DNA of 63,534 bases, counting the filler, from Nemertoderma westbladi (Eukaryota; Animalia; Xenacoelomorpha): the NCBI GenBank assembly GCA_032718475.1. It is 5 parts of 5 records of this genome, joined end to end, with 100 filler letters (N's around TTAATTAATTAA, not from the genome) between each part and the next. Parts side by side here need not be neighbours in the genome. Positions count along the whole stretch, not along the records: positions 17,769 to 42,688 come from JAUCBJ010005192.1; positions 42,789 to 51,440 come from JAUCBJ010008572.1; 3 more parts are not named here. The stretch is one strand, 5' to 3'. Under the pieces are notes generated by a model that did no database searches, was not told where the DNA came from, and worked only from the letters and a program-made list of their open reading frames with translations. Position numbers and translations under genes: made by a program. Shown here in pieces: positions 36,563-48,724 of the stretch. Position 1 is the first letter of the stretch; each line of letters starts with the position of its first letter.

Positions 36563-38917
36563 TTAAATTAAACCGTTTCTATGGTGAGGGAATTGCTCAT
36601 AGATCGGTCGGAAAAACGCGTGATGTAGAGCGTCAGTGAGGGTTATACGGTGGTTGGGTTCGTAATGCAACATCTGTCGGATCAGATGGAACAGCAGTTC
36701 ATCCTCCTCGCCCTTCCTCAACATGTACCTCTCTAGATACTTAATGTTCTCCTTCACGTACTTCGCTATACTTCCGCCCGGCTCGACATCCACCGCTCCT
36801 CTACTGTTGAAGTAGCGGCCTCCCCGTCGGGAGCGTTTCACCAACTTGGGGGGCACCGGCCCCAGAACGGTCTCCATGATGGCGAGATGTTCCCGGTTGT
36901 CGTGCGTCTGGAACATTGTGATCCCAGAGTAGATCTCGAAGAGGATACAACCGATGGACCACACGTCGCAGGGTTGACTCCAACCGATCTCGAGGATAAC
37001 CTCGATAGCGCGGTAATGCCGCGTCGACACGATGGTAGAGTGATGCTCGTGATCAAAGGTCGCGGAACCGAAGTCGATTAAACGCAGTTCCGTGGAGCGA
37101 AGCGGTCGTCGCTTATTGCCGGAACCCAAATCGGGGTCGATAAAGAGAATGTTCTCCGGTTTGAGATCGGTGTGGGTGAGTTTGTTCGCGTGCATGAACT
37201 CCACAGCGACGCACAACTGATGCGCGATGTGACGCACTTGGCTCATCGGATACGGGGCGTACTTATTGGCCTTCAAGTAATCGAAAATACTAAGTCCGAG
37301 AAGATCGAAGGCCAAACAAATATGGCCGTGGAAGTTGAACCAATCGAGAAGTTTAACGCAAAGTTTACTACCCTGGGGATCAGCCTCACTGAGTTTCTCT
37401 AGAACTTTGATTTCCAGTTTAGCCGCGTCTCTGTATTTTTCAACGTTTCTAATAATTTTTAACGCGATTTTTTTTCTATTTTTATTGGTAGTGAATGTGT
37501 CCGCGCATTGCACGACCCGTCCGAAGGTTCCCTCCCCCAACGTCGACTCGATCTCGTAACGCCCGGCTATCATATCGCCCTTATTGTAGATGAGATGGCC
37601 CTCCTTATCGTGTCGGACGCTGCGATCCCCGGAGCCCCGCGAGGTGCGCCTTCCGCGAAGGCGACGCGAACCCGAGGTCCGGGAACTGCCCCCGGAGGCC
37701 CCCCGCTTCCCGCCCCCCTCCGAGGAGCCTCCGGAGGAGCCGCTCGACGAACCTCGCCTACTCCGCGACGACCAGAAGGAGCTGCTCCGATCGCTGCGAC
37801 TGTAGGAGCCGGAACTGCTGCTGCGGGACTGGGACGAGGAGACCCGCCGCTGTCGGGAGGACCGATGTCTGCGGGAACGCCGTTCCGAACGTTTACGCAA
37901 CGGGGAACGGTACTTGGAACGCCAACTCGGTTTGCTCTTAAGCTCGATCTCATTGCCGTAGGAACGACGCTTGGGTTTACGACGGGACCTACTGCGTCTA
38001 CGCCTATTACGCCCCCTCCCACGCGCTCGCTCCCTCTCCCATTTCCGTTGTAACGTTTCTCCTTCGCGTCTTTCTTTCGCTTTCCGGTTCTGCATTCTTT
38101 CCCTTTTTTTCGGATGCCTTTTTTTCCTCTTCCGTCGCATTTCGTTACGAATCAGTAGATCCTGCGGCGGCAGCGGCATTGCCAACGGCAACTCGGGTGC
38201 CCCAGTCGGTGGCAGCATACCGCCGTAGAACATCCCGTAAAACTCCTCGTGCGACATCGGAGGAAGGAAGGCGTGAGGTTGGCCGTCCGGGAATCCATCG
38301 GGGATCCTGGGAGGTGGGAATGCTGGGCTGCTCCAGACGGGCGCCCCTCCGGGGGCAGGGAAGACCCCCAGCCCCCCGGGGGGTCCGGGGAATCCGCCCC
38401 CCAACCCCAACCCGTTCTCGACGCCGTCGTTAGCGAGAGCCATTAGCCGACCGGTAACGCTGGTCTCCCGGCGCGGTCGGTAGCTCGCGGGAAGCGGTCG
38501 TGGTGGGTCGAGGGAGCGGGAGCGCGAGACGCGGAACTGCCGTTCGAAGGAATCTCGGGACATCGGGGGCGGCGGGGAGGGGCGTCCGTAGCGCGGGGAA
38601 GGGCGGTCTAGACGAGGCGGAGAGGGGCGGTCTCGTTCTCGGGATGGACGGCCCCGTCGTCGGTACTTCGCCGGTGGAGTCTCCCGGCCCCGACCACGGC
38701 TGTATCGCCGTCTCTCTCTGTGGGATCGGTGTCGGCTGGACCCCCGACGACGGCGACGGTAGTCGTTTGAGTCGGGACTCGCGGAAGAGATAGGAGGCGA
38801 GTTGGAGGAAGATCCGGATTCGCGAGCTCCTCTGTACGGGTCAAGCGACGGACGGGAAGAGCGGGTCCGCTTACGGTCCCGACTACGGGACGTACTGTTA
38901 CCGCCGTGCTGCGTCAT
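36563..38917 (-). CDS. CLK: CLK/LAMMER dual-specificity kinase with long RS-rich N-terminus, uninterrupted CDS, 784 aa
   Basis: D.EGHLIY, LGEGTFGRV, ALKII, HTDLKPENIL, IDFGSATFDHEHHSTIVSTRHYR, FQTHDNREHLAIMETVLG (LAMMER motif). Confidence 0.95.
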   Translation of the reverse strand: MTQHGGNSTSRSRDRKRTRSSRPSLDPYRGARESGSSSNSPPISSASPDSNDYRRRRRGSSRHRSHRERRRYSRGRGRETPPAKYRRRGRPSRERDRPSPPRLDRPSPRYGRPSPPPPMSRDSFERQFRVSRSRSLDPPRPLPASYRPRRETSVTGRLMALANDGVENGLGLGGGFPGPPGGLGVFPAPGGAPVWSSPAFPPPRIPDGFPDGQPHAFLPPMSHEEFYGMFYGGMLPPTGAPELPLAMPLPPQDLLIRNEMRRKRKKRHPKKRERMQNRKAKERREGETLQRKWERERARGRGRNRRRRSRSRRKPKRRSYGNEIELKSKPSWRSKYRSPLRKRSERRSRRHRSSRQRRVSSSQSRSSSSGSYSRSDRSSSFWSSRSRRGSSSGSSGGSSEGGGKRGASGGSSRTSGSRRLRGRRTSRGSGDRSVRHDKEGHLIYNKGDMIAGRYEIESTLGEGTFGRVVQCADTFTTNKNRKKIALKIIRNVEKYRDAAKLEIKVLEKLSEADPQGSKLCVKLLDWFNFHGHICLAFDLLGLSIFDYLKANKYAPYPMSQVRHIAHQLCVAVEFMHANKLTHTDLKPENILFIDPDLGSGNKRRPLRSTELRLIDFGSATFDHEHHSTIVSTRHYRAIEVILEIGWSQPCDVWSIGCILFEIYSGITMFQTHDNREHLAIMETVLGPVPPKLVKRSRRGGRYFNSRGAVDVEPGGSIAKYVKENIKYLERYMLRKGEEDELLFHLIRQMLHYEPNHRITLTDALHHAFFRPIYEQFPHHRNGLI

Positions 38918-39363
38918 CGGAAATTTCGAGACGAAAATTTCGGACGGTAAACTTCGAAAGATGATAGAAGGGGAGAGTGTCTAGAAATAAAACAAGAGTG
39001 ATAGAAAATAAAATTGCTGCATACAAAAAATAATACAAAAATATTAAAAAATAAAACAATGAAATAGACGTTCCAAAACATAAACCATGCCATGACCATA
39101 GGCCTATGACTTAAACTTTGAACACGAGTTTGCATTACAGATAATAATAAATATGTAACTAAAGAAGAGGATCTCATGCAAGAGCAACTTTATGGCGGTC
39201 CGACGAAGATCTACAACAAAGAACAAACAAATTCCGTAGTACAAACTATCAGACTATTAAAAACGTTTGCAAAACGTGAATAAAATTGTAGGTCGGCTAA
39301 GTCTAAATCGTGTTGAAAACTACACACGATATTCTTACGGCTGTACGGTCTTTATGATAGGCC

Positions 39364-39928
39364 TACCGGTGTAACAGATAATTTCCACACCCCATGCAAT
39401 ATCACTCCCCAGTTAAAAACGGCTACCCGGGGTGTATTTTCCCTAGTGTATTTTAACCCCCTCCAGTGCCAGTGAAAAGTTGAAAACTCACACCAGCATT
39501 TATCAATTTTCACTCTGTTCCAATCCATCCCCGGTTGAATTTCCCTAGTGTATTCTCACTCCCGGTGTATTTTGTTGTATCTTCTACAGTAGGCCTACCG
39601 GTACCGCCTACTTTACTATATATAAATCTCCAGCGTGTGTTTGTATGTGTACTAGAGGTACCTGTGGTCGTCTGTTCGCTTAACTGTCTGACTGTAGGCT
39701 TATATCGAATTTAAATTATATTTAAATTTAAAATATCATGGGGGTAAGGATACACTGAGGGGGGTTACGTTTCACTAAAAAATCACCCGGAGTAGTTTCA
39801 CCCCCGGTTAAATTATAGGGGGTACTAGTGAATTCTAACCGGGGGGTGAAAATACACTAACGGTAGGGAATTTTAACCGGGAGGTGAATTTTTAGGGGGG
39901 TGGAAATTCACTGCTAGTGCTACCGGTA
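39364..39928. mobile_element. MITE upstream of the CLK CDS
   Basis: TACCGGT ends, AATTTCCAC.CCCC / GGGGGGTGGAAATT inverted repeats, and mirrored CCGG..GTGTATTTTCCCTAGTG-type subterminal repeats. Confidence 0.6.
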
Positions 39929-41355
39929 CCCTTTTGCTTTTTCTCTTAATCACAATAACAAACTCCTGCACTCCAGCACTCTACTCTTATTTTGACGATG
40001 ACTACACCTGTGTACACCGCAATACCAGCCTAGCCTGGCTGCCTGGCTATGGCTACGCTACACTGCTACACCCACTAAATACTAAAATAGATCATTGCCG
40101 TGATCTGGTTATGTGTCATCTATTCTTGATCAGTTGATTATTTTTCTTTGAGATAATTAGATACCGGTAGGCTATCATTTTCTAGCCTACTTTTACAATC
40201 AGACAATGGCATTTTAACAAGCAATAGGCTAAAGGCAATCCAGAAAAGCGACCAGTAAGCAAGCAACAGCGACAGAGCGAGCACATGAACAAAAATTATG
40301 AATTATTTTAATTACATTTTTGTTTTTTTATGTTTGACAACTTCTACCGGTAGATTAGAAACTCGATCTTTCATGTTATATAGTTCTTTAGTTATTTATC
40401 AGTTTATGCTGTTATGGTACCGGTATGCAGTAAAACCTTCAACCGTCTTTCAGTCTTTGAAGGTCTAGCAGTCACTGCAGCACTGGTCACAAACTGACAA
40501 AGGACTATAAACAAATAACGAAATCCTACTTTTTACACTAGGTTTTTTTTATTAAAACCCAATCTGCCAATAATAAAACCTAATACTGTAATACTGCAGT
40601 ACTGTAATATTAAAACCTAATTGTCATCCCTGGATACCGGTAGCCAGGCGTTAGCTGGTTAGGCCAGGTGTTAGGCTAGGTGCTAAGGCCAGAAGGCTGC
40701 TCTGCTACAGTGCTAGGAGGCACCTCTGTAGTACACACCTGCCTACCTACTGTCTGACTGTGTACTGACCTACATTCAGACATTTCTACATACGCCTACT
40801 GCAGTACTGCTGTACTGACATAAGACAATTCTTGACTGGGACTCACCTTCTTGCCGTCTATTTCAGTACAGCAGTAGGCCTATCGGTAGGCAGGTAGGTT
40901 ATTTCACCGTCAATCTGTCAATTTTGCGGCTTATTACAGTATTAAAATGTCCTACAGCCGTCTGCCGTGTGGTGTGCTGCGGTACCACCGGTACCAGTAT
41001 TCTGGTAGCAGTGCAGACTTACACAGTTACAGGCAGACAGGATAATACGAACTTAGATCCTGCAAAGCCTGACTTTGATGAGCTTAGATCCTAGCTAATT
41101 TAGATCTCATTTAGGGCAAATCTTTGGCTTCCTGGAAAACGCGCAACAGCGCAACAGCTCTGTAACCAATGGGCAACATTGGCGCAACAGCGCAACAACC
41201 TAATATTGGTTTATGAAATTGACGACTTTGTTTATTACCCAACGGGTATAAAATGGTTGGAACAAATGAAATATAAATACACCGTTTTTAAATGTATGTA
41301 CAGTAAAATAAAATAAGTTTACCCCTATATTTAAAAATAATTGTAAGTTAATATT

Positions 41356-42000
41356 TTAGACGGTTGTTTGCGATGGAATTCTTGATTGAAGGTGGAAAGC
41401 TAAAGCCAAGGCTGTGTTGTAAGCGGGGATTGCCGGGCAAAGAAGCGCATGGCAGATATCCATGGCAGCCTCGCCACAGAGACTGCAAATGCACGAACTG
41501 TCTGGTCTCCAACACCGCTCGGTAGAACAGAGACGATGGTGGAAACCGTTTGAGATGTATTGCGCTGCAACTCGGCGACGCTGACCCGCTAGGTTGGCCA
41601 AAGATATCGCAGCAGTTGAGGGGTGGTCCACGGCAGCCAATATTTTGGTCGTGGAAGCGTACTTGCTTACGCCACTCCAGAGCTTCCAGTAAAATCCTCG
41701 TACCTTTACAACGTGCTGTAATTGGAGGAGTTGTTCATTGGAGGAGTTTCCAAAAGTCGAGCAACCGTATGTTGCCGCCGGCAGTATAACTAGTGACCAT
41801 AGTTTGGTAGCTGTTGCCATGGAGACTATATTTAAATTAACCAGGGAAGCTATTCGCATGCAAGAAGCTATACCGCGGGATTGGAGGTGCAAGTAGTGAT
41901 TACTTGGCGTATTAGTGGTGGATAGTACTACCCCAAGGTAGTTAAATTTATTCACAAATGGTAGCTGGTGTCCATTAAATGTTAATTTATCATCTCGCAT
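41356..42000 (-). mobile_element. 5'-truncated LINE: end of RT plus Cys/His-rich C-terminus
   Basis: FNGHQLPFVNKFNYLGVVLS, K.W...ILPAATYG, C-terminal HH..C....C......C.C.LC........H...C. Confidence 0.75.
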
Positions 42001-42114
42001 TTAATATTGGTTTATACATTCCACTCTAATTCCATTGGCTTGTACATTCTGTTGCGTTCTATGACATTCCATTTCTGTAGCGCCGACGCCGATGGCGCAA
42101 CAGAGTAATAAATA

Positions 42115-42522
42115 AAGCAAGGTACTAACTGTACGTTCTAAAAGGGATGCGACCTATAACAATCCTCGTACCAATATGGAACTCACTTCCCAGTGACGTT
42201 ATCGAATCAGTAAGTGTTAAGTCCTTTTGTGACAAACTTAAAACTTGTAATTTATTAGAACATTGCCATTTCAATAGATTCGATTAATTAGGACGCATGA
42301 TCATTCATTTATTTTTAGTTTCTACTCAGTATGCATAAACGTTTGTCCTTATAAAACATAAAGTGTTTTTATAGAGGAGTGAACAGTTATTGATGGCGTG
42401 GTTATTTGTAATTATTGCCATTTCTAATTCAGTGTATTTAAATGTAAATTGTTGATTTCGTTAGTTATTTGTTTTATTTTATAATTTTAATAAAAAGAGA
42501 GTTCAATTCAATTCAATCCAAT
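42115..42522 (+). mobile_element. CR1/L2-type LINE 3' end relic
   Basis: LVPIWNSLPSDVIESVSVKSFCDKL, then a UTR, AATAAA and a (TTCAA)n tail. Confidence 0.65.
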
Positions 42523-42688
42523 GCAGAGCTAAACCGAGCTAAAACCGTCCTATACCAAACTATAGTGATGCCATAGAGCTATAACGATATATACCGGGCT
42601 AATAACGACCTACGCCGTAGAGCGTAGCTTTATTCGAGGTGTATTCGAGGTGAGATAAACGAGGTGTATTATTTTGAAGTAATATCCT

Positions 42689-42788
42689 NNNNNNNNNNNN
42701 NNNNNNNNNNNNNNNNNNNNNNNNNNNNNNNNTTAATTAATTAANNNNNNNNNNNNNNNNNNNNNNNNNNNNNNNNNNNNNNNNNNNN
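42689..42788. other. Artificial contig linker
   Basis: N44-TTAATTAATTAA-N44. Confidence 0.98.
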
Positions 42789-43530
42789 TCAAAAATTATG
42801 ATGATCTAAGGACATGCGTAGAACATAGTCAACCACAATTTATTAAGAACAAGAATGGTGCAAGTGTGTCTCCCTGGAGGACGCCCCATAACACTTAAAA
42901 TTGTTCTGTGACACCGTCAACAGTAGACACAAATGTTGTCGAACCATCGTATACTGATCTGATTGCTGCAATAATTTCATCAGGAATCCCATATAATGAA
43001 AGTATGCTGAACATACGTGAGCGGGAGACTGAATCAAAGGCCTTGAAGAAGTCAACAAAGATAACAGCCAGATGCCTGTCTTTCTTCTTTGATAACTCTT
43101 CAATTATCCTCCTAAGTGCCAAAATGGGTTCCATGGTCCCACGACCTTTACGGAACCCATTCTGATTTCCACGGAGCAGTCTCTCAATGGGATCCCTGAT
43201 GCGATTTAATAGAATTCTATTGTATAGCTTTGTAGCAATCGAGATCAATGAGATTCCCCGAAAAGAACCATAGAGTGTTAGGTTGCCCTTCTTGGGAACA
43301 GGCACCAACTTAATTGTTTTCATTTCTTGTGGGACTCTTGTTGTTCGGTACATGTCTACTATGATGGGATAGATGAGCTTTAAACACTCAAGTATTTTAA
43401 AGACCTCAGGGGGAACACCATCTACTCCACTGGCACGATTGGTCTTAATGCTCTTTGCAGCAGCCTTCACTTCTGCAAAGGAGATATCGCCAATGGGAAT
43501 ATCTGGGAGTACAGACTCTGACACTTTTAC
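42789..43530 (-). mobile_element. RTE-clade LINE RT fragment
   Basis: RASGVDGVPPE, PVPKKGNL...RGISL, NQNGFRKGR, FVDFFKAFDSV, GVLQG. The end matches the start of the copy at 60221. Confidence 0.88.
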
Positions 43531-45267
43531 TCCTGGTTTTACTGGTCCATGTACCAGAATAACGACACTATATTCCAGGACATGGTGTATTTACGTGTTA
43601 CCTTTTGAGTTCCATTTTAACCCTGTAGTTAACATCTGCCTTTAACCCTGTTTTGGCCGGCCTTTGATAATTTTATTGTAATTCTTCTGTATCTTAGAAA
43701 CAGACTTGTTGTATAAACCGATATTTTGTGACTTTTCCCAAAATTTGATGGATATCTAAAGCAATTACAATAGCAATTAGCAATTTCGTAAGCTCTGTTA
43801 GTTTTCGTGTTGTAAGCCCATCCTGGCACCCATCGCCAAACGCCAATGTTTTTCGTGTTGCTATTTTGAGAAGTATTTTTGGCCCGGCTCACGCTTATGG
43901 AACGGAAATACAGTAAGACCTACTAGAAAATTTCTGGTATTTTGGTATGTGCAACGTGTGGCACTCAATACCGAAAAAGACGTACAAATAGAACAAAATT
44001 TGCATAATGGTTGCATTAAAATAATAACTATTTAAGTGGTGGGAAAAAAGTAGACTTTTGTTGTCGAGAGATATTACTTCTCACTTTTATCTGGGCCTAT
44101 TTCAGCTTAAATATCGTCCATCGAAGCTTCTTCCATAGTGAAATACGGGCATTTCTACACCTTGGGTACCCATAGTTTGACCAATTTTTTTCATATCATG
44201 AGGTTTTTTTTAATAATAATAATATTAACAAGCTTGGTGTCTTCAAATGAATTGGTCAAAATATAATAATTTTGATCCTAACTCATGTTATTGGCTTCGA
44301 AATGTGAAAATGCTAATTTTTTGAAAAAAAATATAAAAATAATTAATTAATTTGGTAAAAAAATAGGAAATAATCAATATCAAAAAATTTTGACCAATAC
44401 TTTTATTTAACACTATATCCTAATCGCATATACGAAATAACTAGATATATAACAAATGTCTGTTCGAAGAGTAATATTTTTAGTAATAATTTTATGCTAC
44501 TAAATAGCACTAAATAATAATAACTATATTACAAAAAAAATTTAATCGACTTTCCGTTATCCTTACAGTATACCAAAAATTATTCATTTTGGACAAAGCC
44601 TTGCCCAGTTACCATTGGTTTTCATTGACTGTGTTAAAATATCGCTAACCCACCCCCCCCCCCCCCTAATACCTCCTGCTATTTTGCCAGTTTATAGCTA
44701 TTCCGAAAACACATGTAGATTTTAGTACCTATATTTTTAGTATATTTTTCCGGAAATTTTCTTTAAAAAACTTATTTCCTGAAAATTCACATCCCTCATT
44801 TTAAAATGTAATATCATCTCGAAATTACAGATAGGGGGGGGGGGGGGGCGCAATAAAAATTCACCCCTCTCCAGGGGAAATTCGACGCAAATAACAGCTT
44901 ATTATTCTCAAAAATAAAACTGTAACCTGTTCTATTGTGCTTAGTTTATTGTTTTGGTTAAAATAACGTGCCACAACTGTAACCTGCTCCTTTCCCCAAA
45001 TTGAGAATTTAACATTGAGGCGGGATATTAATTCGCAAGGCGGGTTTTGCGTCCAGTTTCCCCCCCTGTCTCCAGCCGCGTAGCCAGGAATTTCCTACGG
45101 TAGGGTCCCAGACCCCAAATTGTAATTCATATTTATAGTAGTTGTGGGTGTGGGGGAAGAGCCCCCCCCCCCCCCCCCCCCAGCGTAGTCCAGGTGTGAT
45201 TGTTTGGAATTTTAACAAAATGCCCGCCACACGTGATGTGTACTGTTTTAGTAAGGTACGCAGCAAA

Positions 45268-45517
45268 CTTCGCCCGCAGACAATCTTCTCCCGCGAGCAA
45301 CCATCGCCAACTAAACAATTATTGTTTTGGTTAGAAAGATCCGTTTCTGTAACCTGCTCCTTACCTTAAATTGGTAACAACATCGTTTATTGTTTTGGTT
45401 AGAAGAAGCCGTCTCTGTAACCTGCACCTTTCCCTTAATTGGTAACTAAAATGGTTACTAACACAAATCTTATTGGGCGAAGGTTGTTCGCGGTGGAAGA
45501 TTGCCTTGCGGGCGAAG
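45268..45517. mobile_element. Inverted-repeat element (MITE-like)
   Basis: 45268-45310 CTTCGCCCGCAGACAATCTTCTCCCGCGAGCAACCATCGCCAA is the imperfect reverse complement of 45473-45517. Confidence 0.65.
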
Positions 45518-48500
45518 GTTTTCCCCTTGGTGAAGTGTGGACGCGGGCGAAGATTGGACGCGGGCGAAGGTTCATCCCCACCCACCCCCCCCCCCCTACC
45601 TAACTACCCCAAGGGCACGGACTTGTATGCGAAAGTCTATGTATTTCAAGTCAATATTTATAACTCTATTTGTAGGAAAACTATAATAGATATAAACTTG
45701 GGGTTTCTTGGGGTCTACCAACATATTTCAATGGTGTGCTTAACGGTGGGTGTCTTGGCGCCGTCTCTAGTAATTATACTGTAATTGCGAGTTTTTCTTT
45801 GTTTGTGGAAAGGTAACTTACAAGTTTTACAGTTGGCGGCTTAGTTTACAGCTAGTAATTTAGTTAGTAATTTTTTGGCAGTTACGCGTTTATGGCGATT
45901 TGGGTATGTATATTTTATTGTTTAATTCCTTGATTACTTAACACTCGTCAACGGACGAGCAGTAAGTATATGCAATCCACCTATTTATTTATCGCTCACC
46001 CTGTCTTGGTTACTTTTAAAAACAGAGTCTATTATTAACTATTTCTAGTTGCAGTTACCTAACATAGGAAATTACCTAATATATTAAGGTATTTTTTATA
46101 CAAACCAGTATGTTCTTCAACATGTTAGCTTTTATTTTTATAATTATATTATATTTTTTAAAATAGTTCAAAATTAATATATTAGCTAGTTTTTGTTATT
46201 TTTAAATCTGATTTTTAGATCTGTCTGTCTGTCTGGCATAAATTTATAGCGCCACCTACCGGTGCAGAATTAATTGCACAAAATTTCGCCTGATAGTTAC
46301 GTTGCCACATAGTTTTTTTTTATTGTTAACTAGTATTAACTAAATATTAAATAGCGAAAAATAAAATTTTTCTGACCTGTCATGTAGAATAGCATCGAAT
46401 AGCCATCGAGTACCTATATTCCAAATTATAGCCAAAAAAACCAAACAGTTTTTAAACGCTGAGAGTGATAAATCGATGAGTTTTCCGAAAATGGTGTAAC
46501 CCCCTAACCCCTAAATGCGTTTATCTCGGATTTGTATTTTTCACATTCAATATACTACTTATCGTCCATTTCTTAAACCAATTTACGAAATTATTTTTTT
46601 GTTTGATTTCTTTTCGAATTTTGATCAAAAGTTATAGGTTAGAATTTTGAATTGCGCCATATTAATTTCTTGAAATTAGTTAATATCTATTTAATATTAA
46701 TTAACATTAGTTAATAATATTTAAAAATACTGTATTTAAGACCTAAACAAACAATTTAACCAATAAGTTATGTGGAGCCGAGGATGATGATACAGAAAAA
46801 CCAAGTTTCGAAACTTTCGCCCAAAATTGTGAGACTAGTAGTGTTTTTAGTGAAAATAACAATTTCGCTGGTGGCCGCTAGAGGGCGATGCAAATTTGAA
46901 AATTTTTTATTTGAACCCAATCTTTGGCAATATGTTAATCCCCCGAAAGGTATAAAATATACAAAACTACATAGATGCAAAAGTTATAGCCATTTGTACA
47001 AAAGCTCCCCATAGGGGGGTGTAGCCCATCCCCCCCCCCCCCCCCCCCCCCTACACACCCCCGTAAAGCTTTTAAGAATAAGGAAAAAGGAACAGTTTGT
47101 GTACACGAATGCGTTAGGTTCGTGTCTTTGAGTTTTTTGAAAGGGAAAGAATTGAGTTGATCGGCTAGTAGCAGAATCTAGATTGGGTCTAAGGATCTAT
47201 CGGCGAGTCAGTTGGAGCTCTCCCGGGAACGCTGTTTCCATTTTATGCATGGTTGTTATAATTATAAAAGAGAGAATTCAGATTGGAGATAGTATTGTAA
47301 TAATAATAACAATCATAAGAATTTGTGCTCCCAGTATAAACGGGTAAACACCTAATAATATGGTTACCGTAAATGACTCTAGGTGACTGCCGGGATATTA
47401 ACTACACTGCCTTAAATATGCAGAAATGTACAAAGAACAATGTGATAATCAATTCACTCCAGCTGGTTGCTCACTAAGCAATCCCATTGGCAGTTACACT
47501 ACAAATCACTTAGAATAGATTACAGACAGGCCAACTCAATAAAGTAATATGTATGCACTGCACAACATTATAACAGTTACACAAGGGGGGGTTACATTGG
47601 ATCAGCGCCTGATATAATACTGTCATAAAGCATTAAGAAGACGAAGTAGTCTTCTATAGGGGCAACTAAATGCAATAACTGATCCAATGGGGCCCCAAAT
47701 ATATAATATTGCCCAGAAGTTCTGCTGATCTAAATCATCCGTATGGCCATTTTTTGTTTGCAGAATACTAAGTAAATGGAACCGTGTACAGTTTGACTCT
47801 TGATCCACGACCATCAGCAGTTGAAAAGTCGATGAAAAAAATTAAAAGGTTTCCTTTTTCGACTGTGCATGATATATTATTAGATTTATCGTTAGTATAT
47901 GATTCTCATAACATCGACTTGGTTGGGAGTCAGCCTGTTCACCTTTGGGGGAGACCCACCCAATCGTACAGTTCTTTTTCACGAAGGCCCAAGACGAAGA
48001 CCCATCTTCTTCCTATGAAAACGTGGGGCGAGTCAAAACTGCAACAATCAGCGAATAGTTATAATTATACTATGGCCATCTACCCAATGTGTGTAGGGAA
48101 CAAGGTTGGGGTAGGGGAGGGGGGGGGGGGTGTGTGGGTGTGTGTGTGTGTATATGTATCGGAAACCATAATTGCGGAAGCCAATATAATTAACCAGAGT
48201 ATATTGGCAACTGTTCCCTGAGCTGGTTTACAGTTCTGATGCACCAGGACACGCATCACATTATGAATATCAGTAACCATTAATAATTGCAGTATATGTA
48301 AGTAATTATGAATTAATACTTATCTATACTATACGGCAATTAAGGAGATGTTAGTTATACTTGATGAATGTAACGCTAATGTAATTGATTTTGATAATAA
48401 AAACTATTAATAATGGTGCCTTTATGAATTTTGCCATCATATAATTCAACCAACTGCTGTTAACTTCAATGGAAACCAAGATGTTGTGGCTAATATTAGT

Positions 48501-48724
48501 AGCTACCCTTCCTCTCCATATATTATGTGGTTAGTTCCAGTTGCTGTTCTCCAATTTGATACATTACTTATAACTTTTCATATAAACCCAAGAGTAAAAT
48601 TTACTTATATTATATTGTACTAAATTATGTGCTTCTAATTACTGTATAATATATCTCACTAATTGTTAGAAGCTAGTTCCAATACAAACAAGAAAACAAT
48701 AAAACAAACAAGAATATAATTCCA

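Noticed and set aside
37508-38844. Overlapping ORFs within CLK
   Set aside because: Expected in GC-rich, stop-poor sequence; no recognisable domains.
41074-41110. TTGATGA-GCT...AGC as a hammerhead
   Set aside because: Lacks the GAAA segment and stem I.
43617-43660. piggyBac left end (TTAACCCTG)
   Set aside because: No matching CAGGGTTAA right end found in this contig.
46498-46515. Telomeric repeat
   Set aside because: Only two imperfect CCCTAA-like units inside a dispersed repeat.
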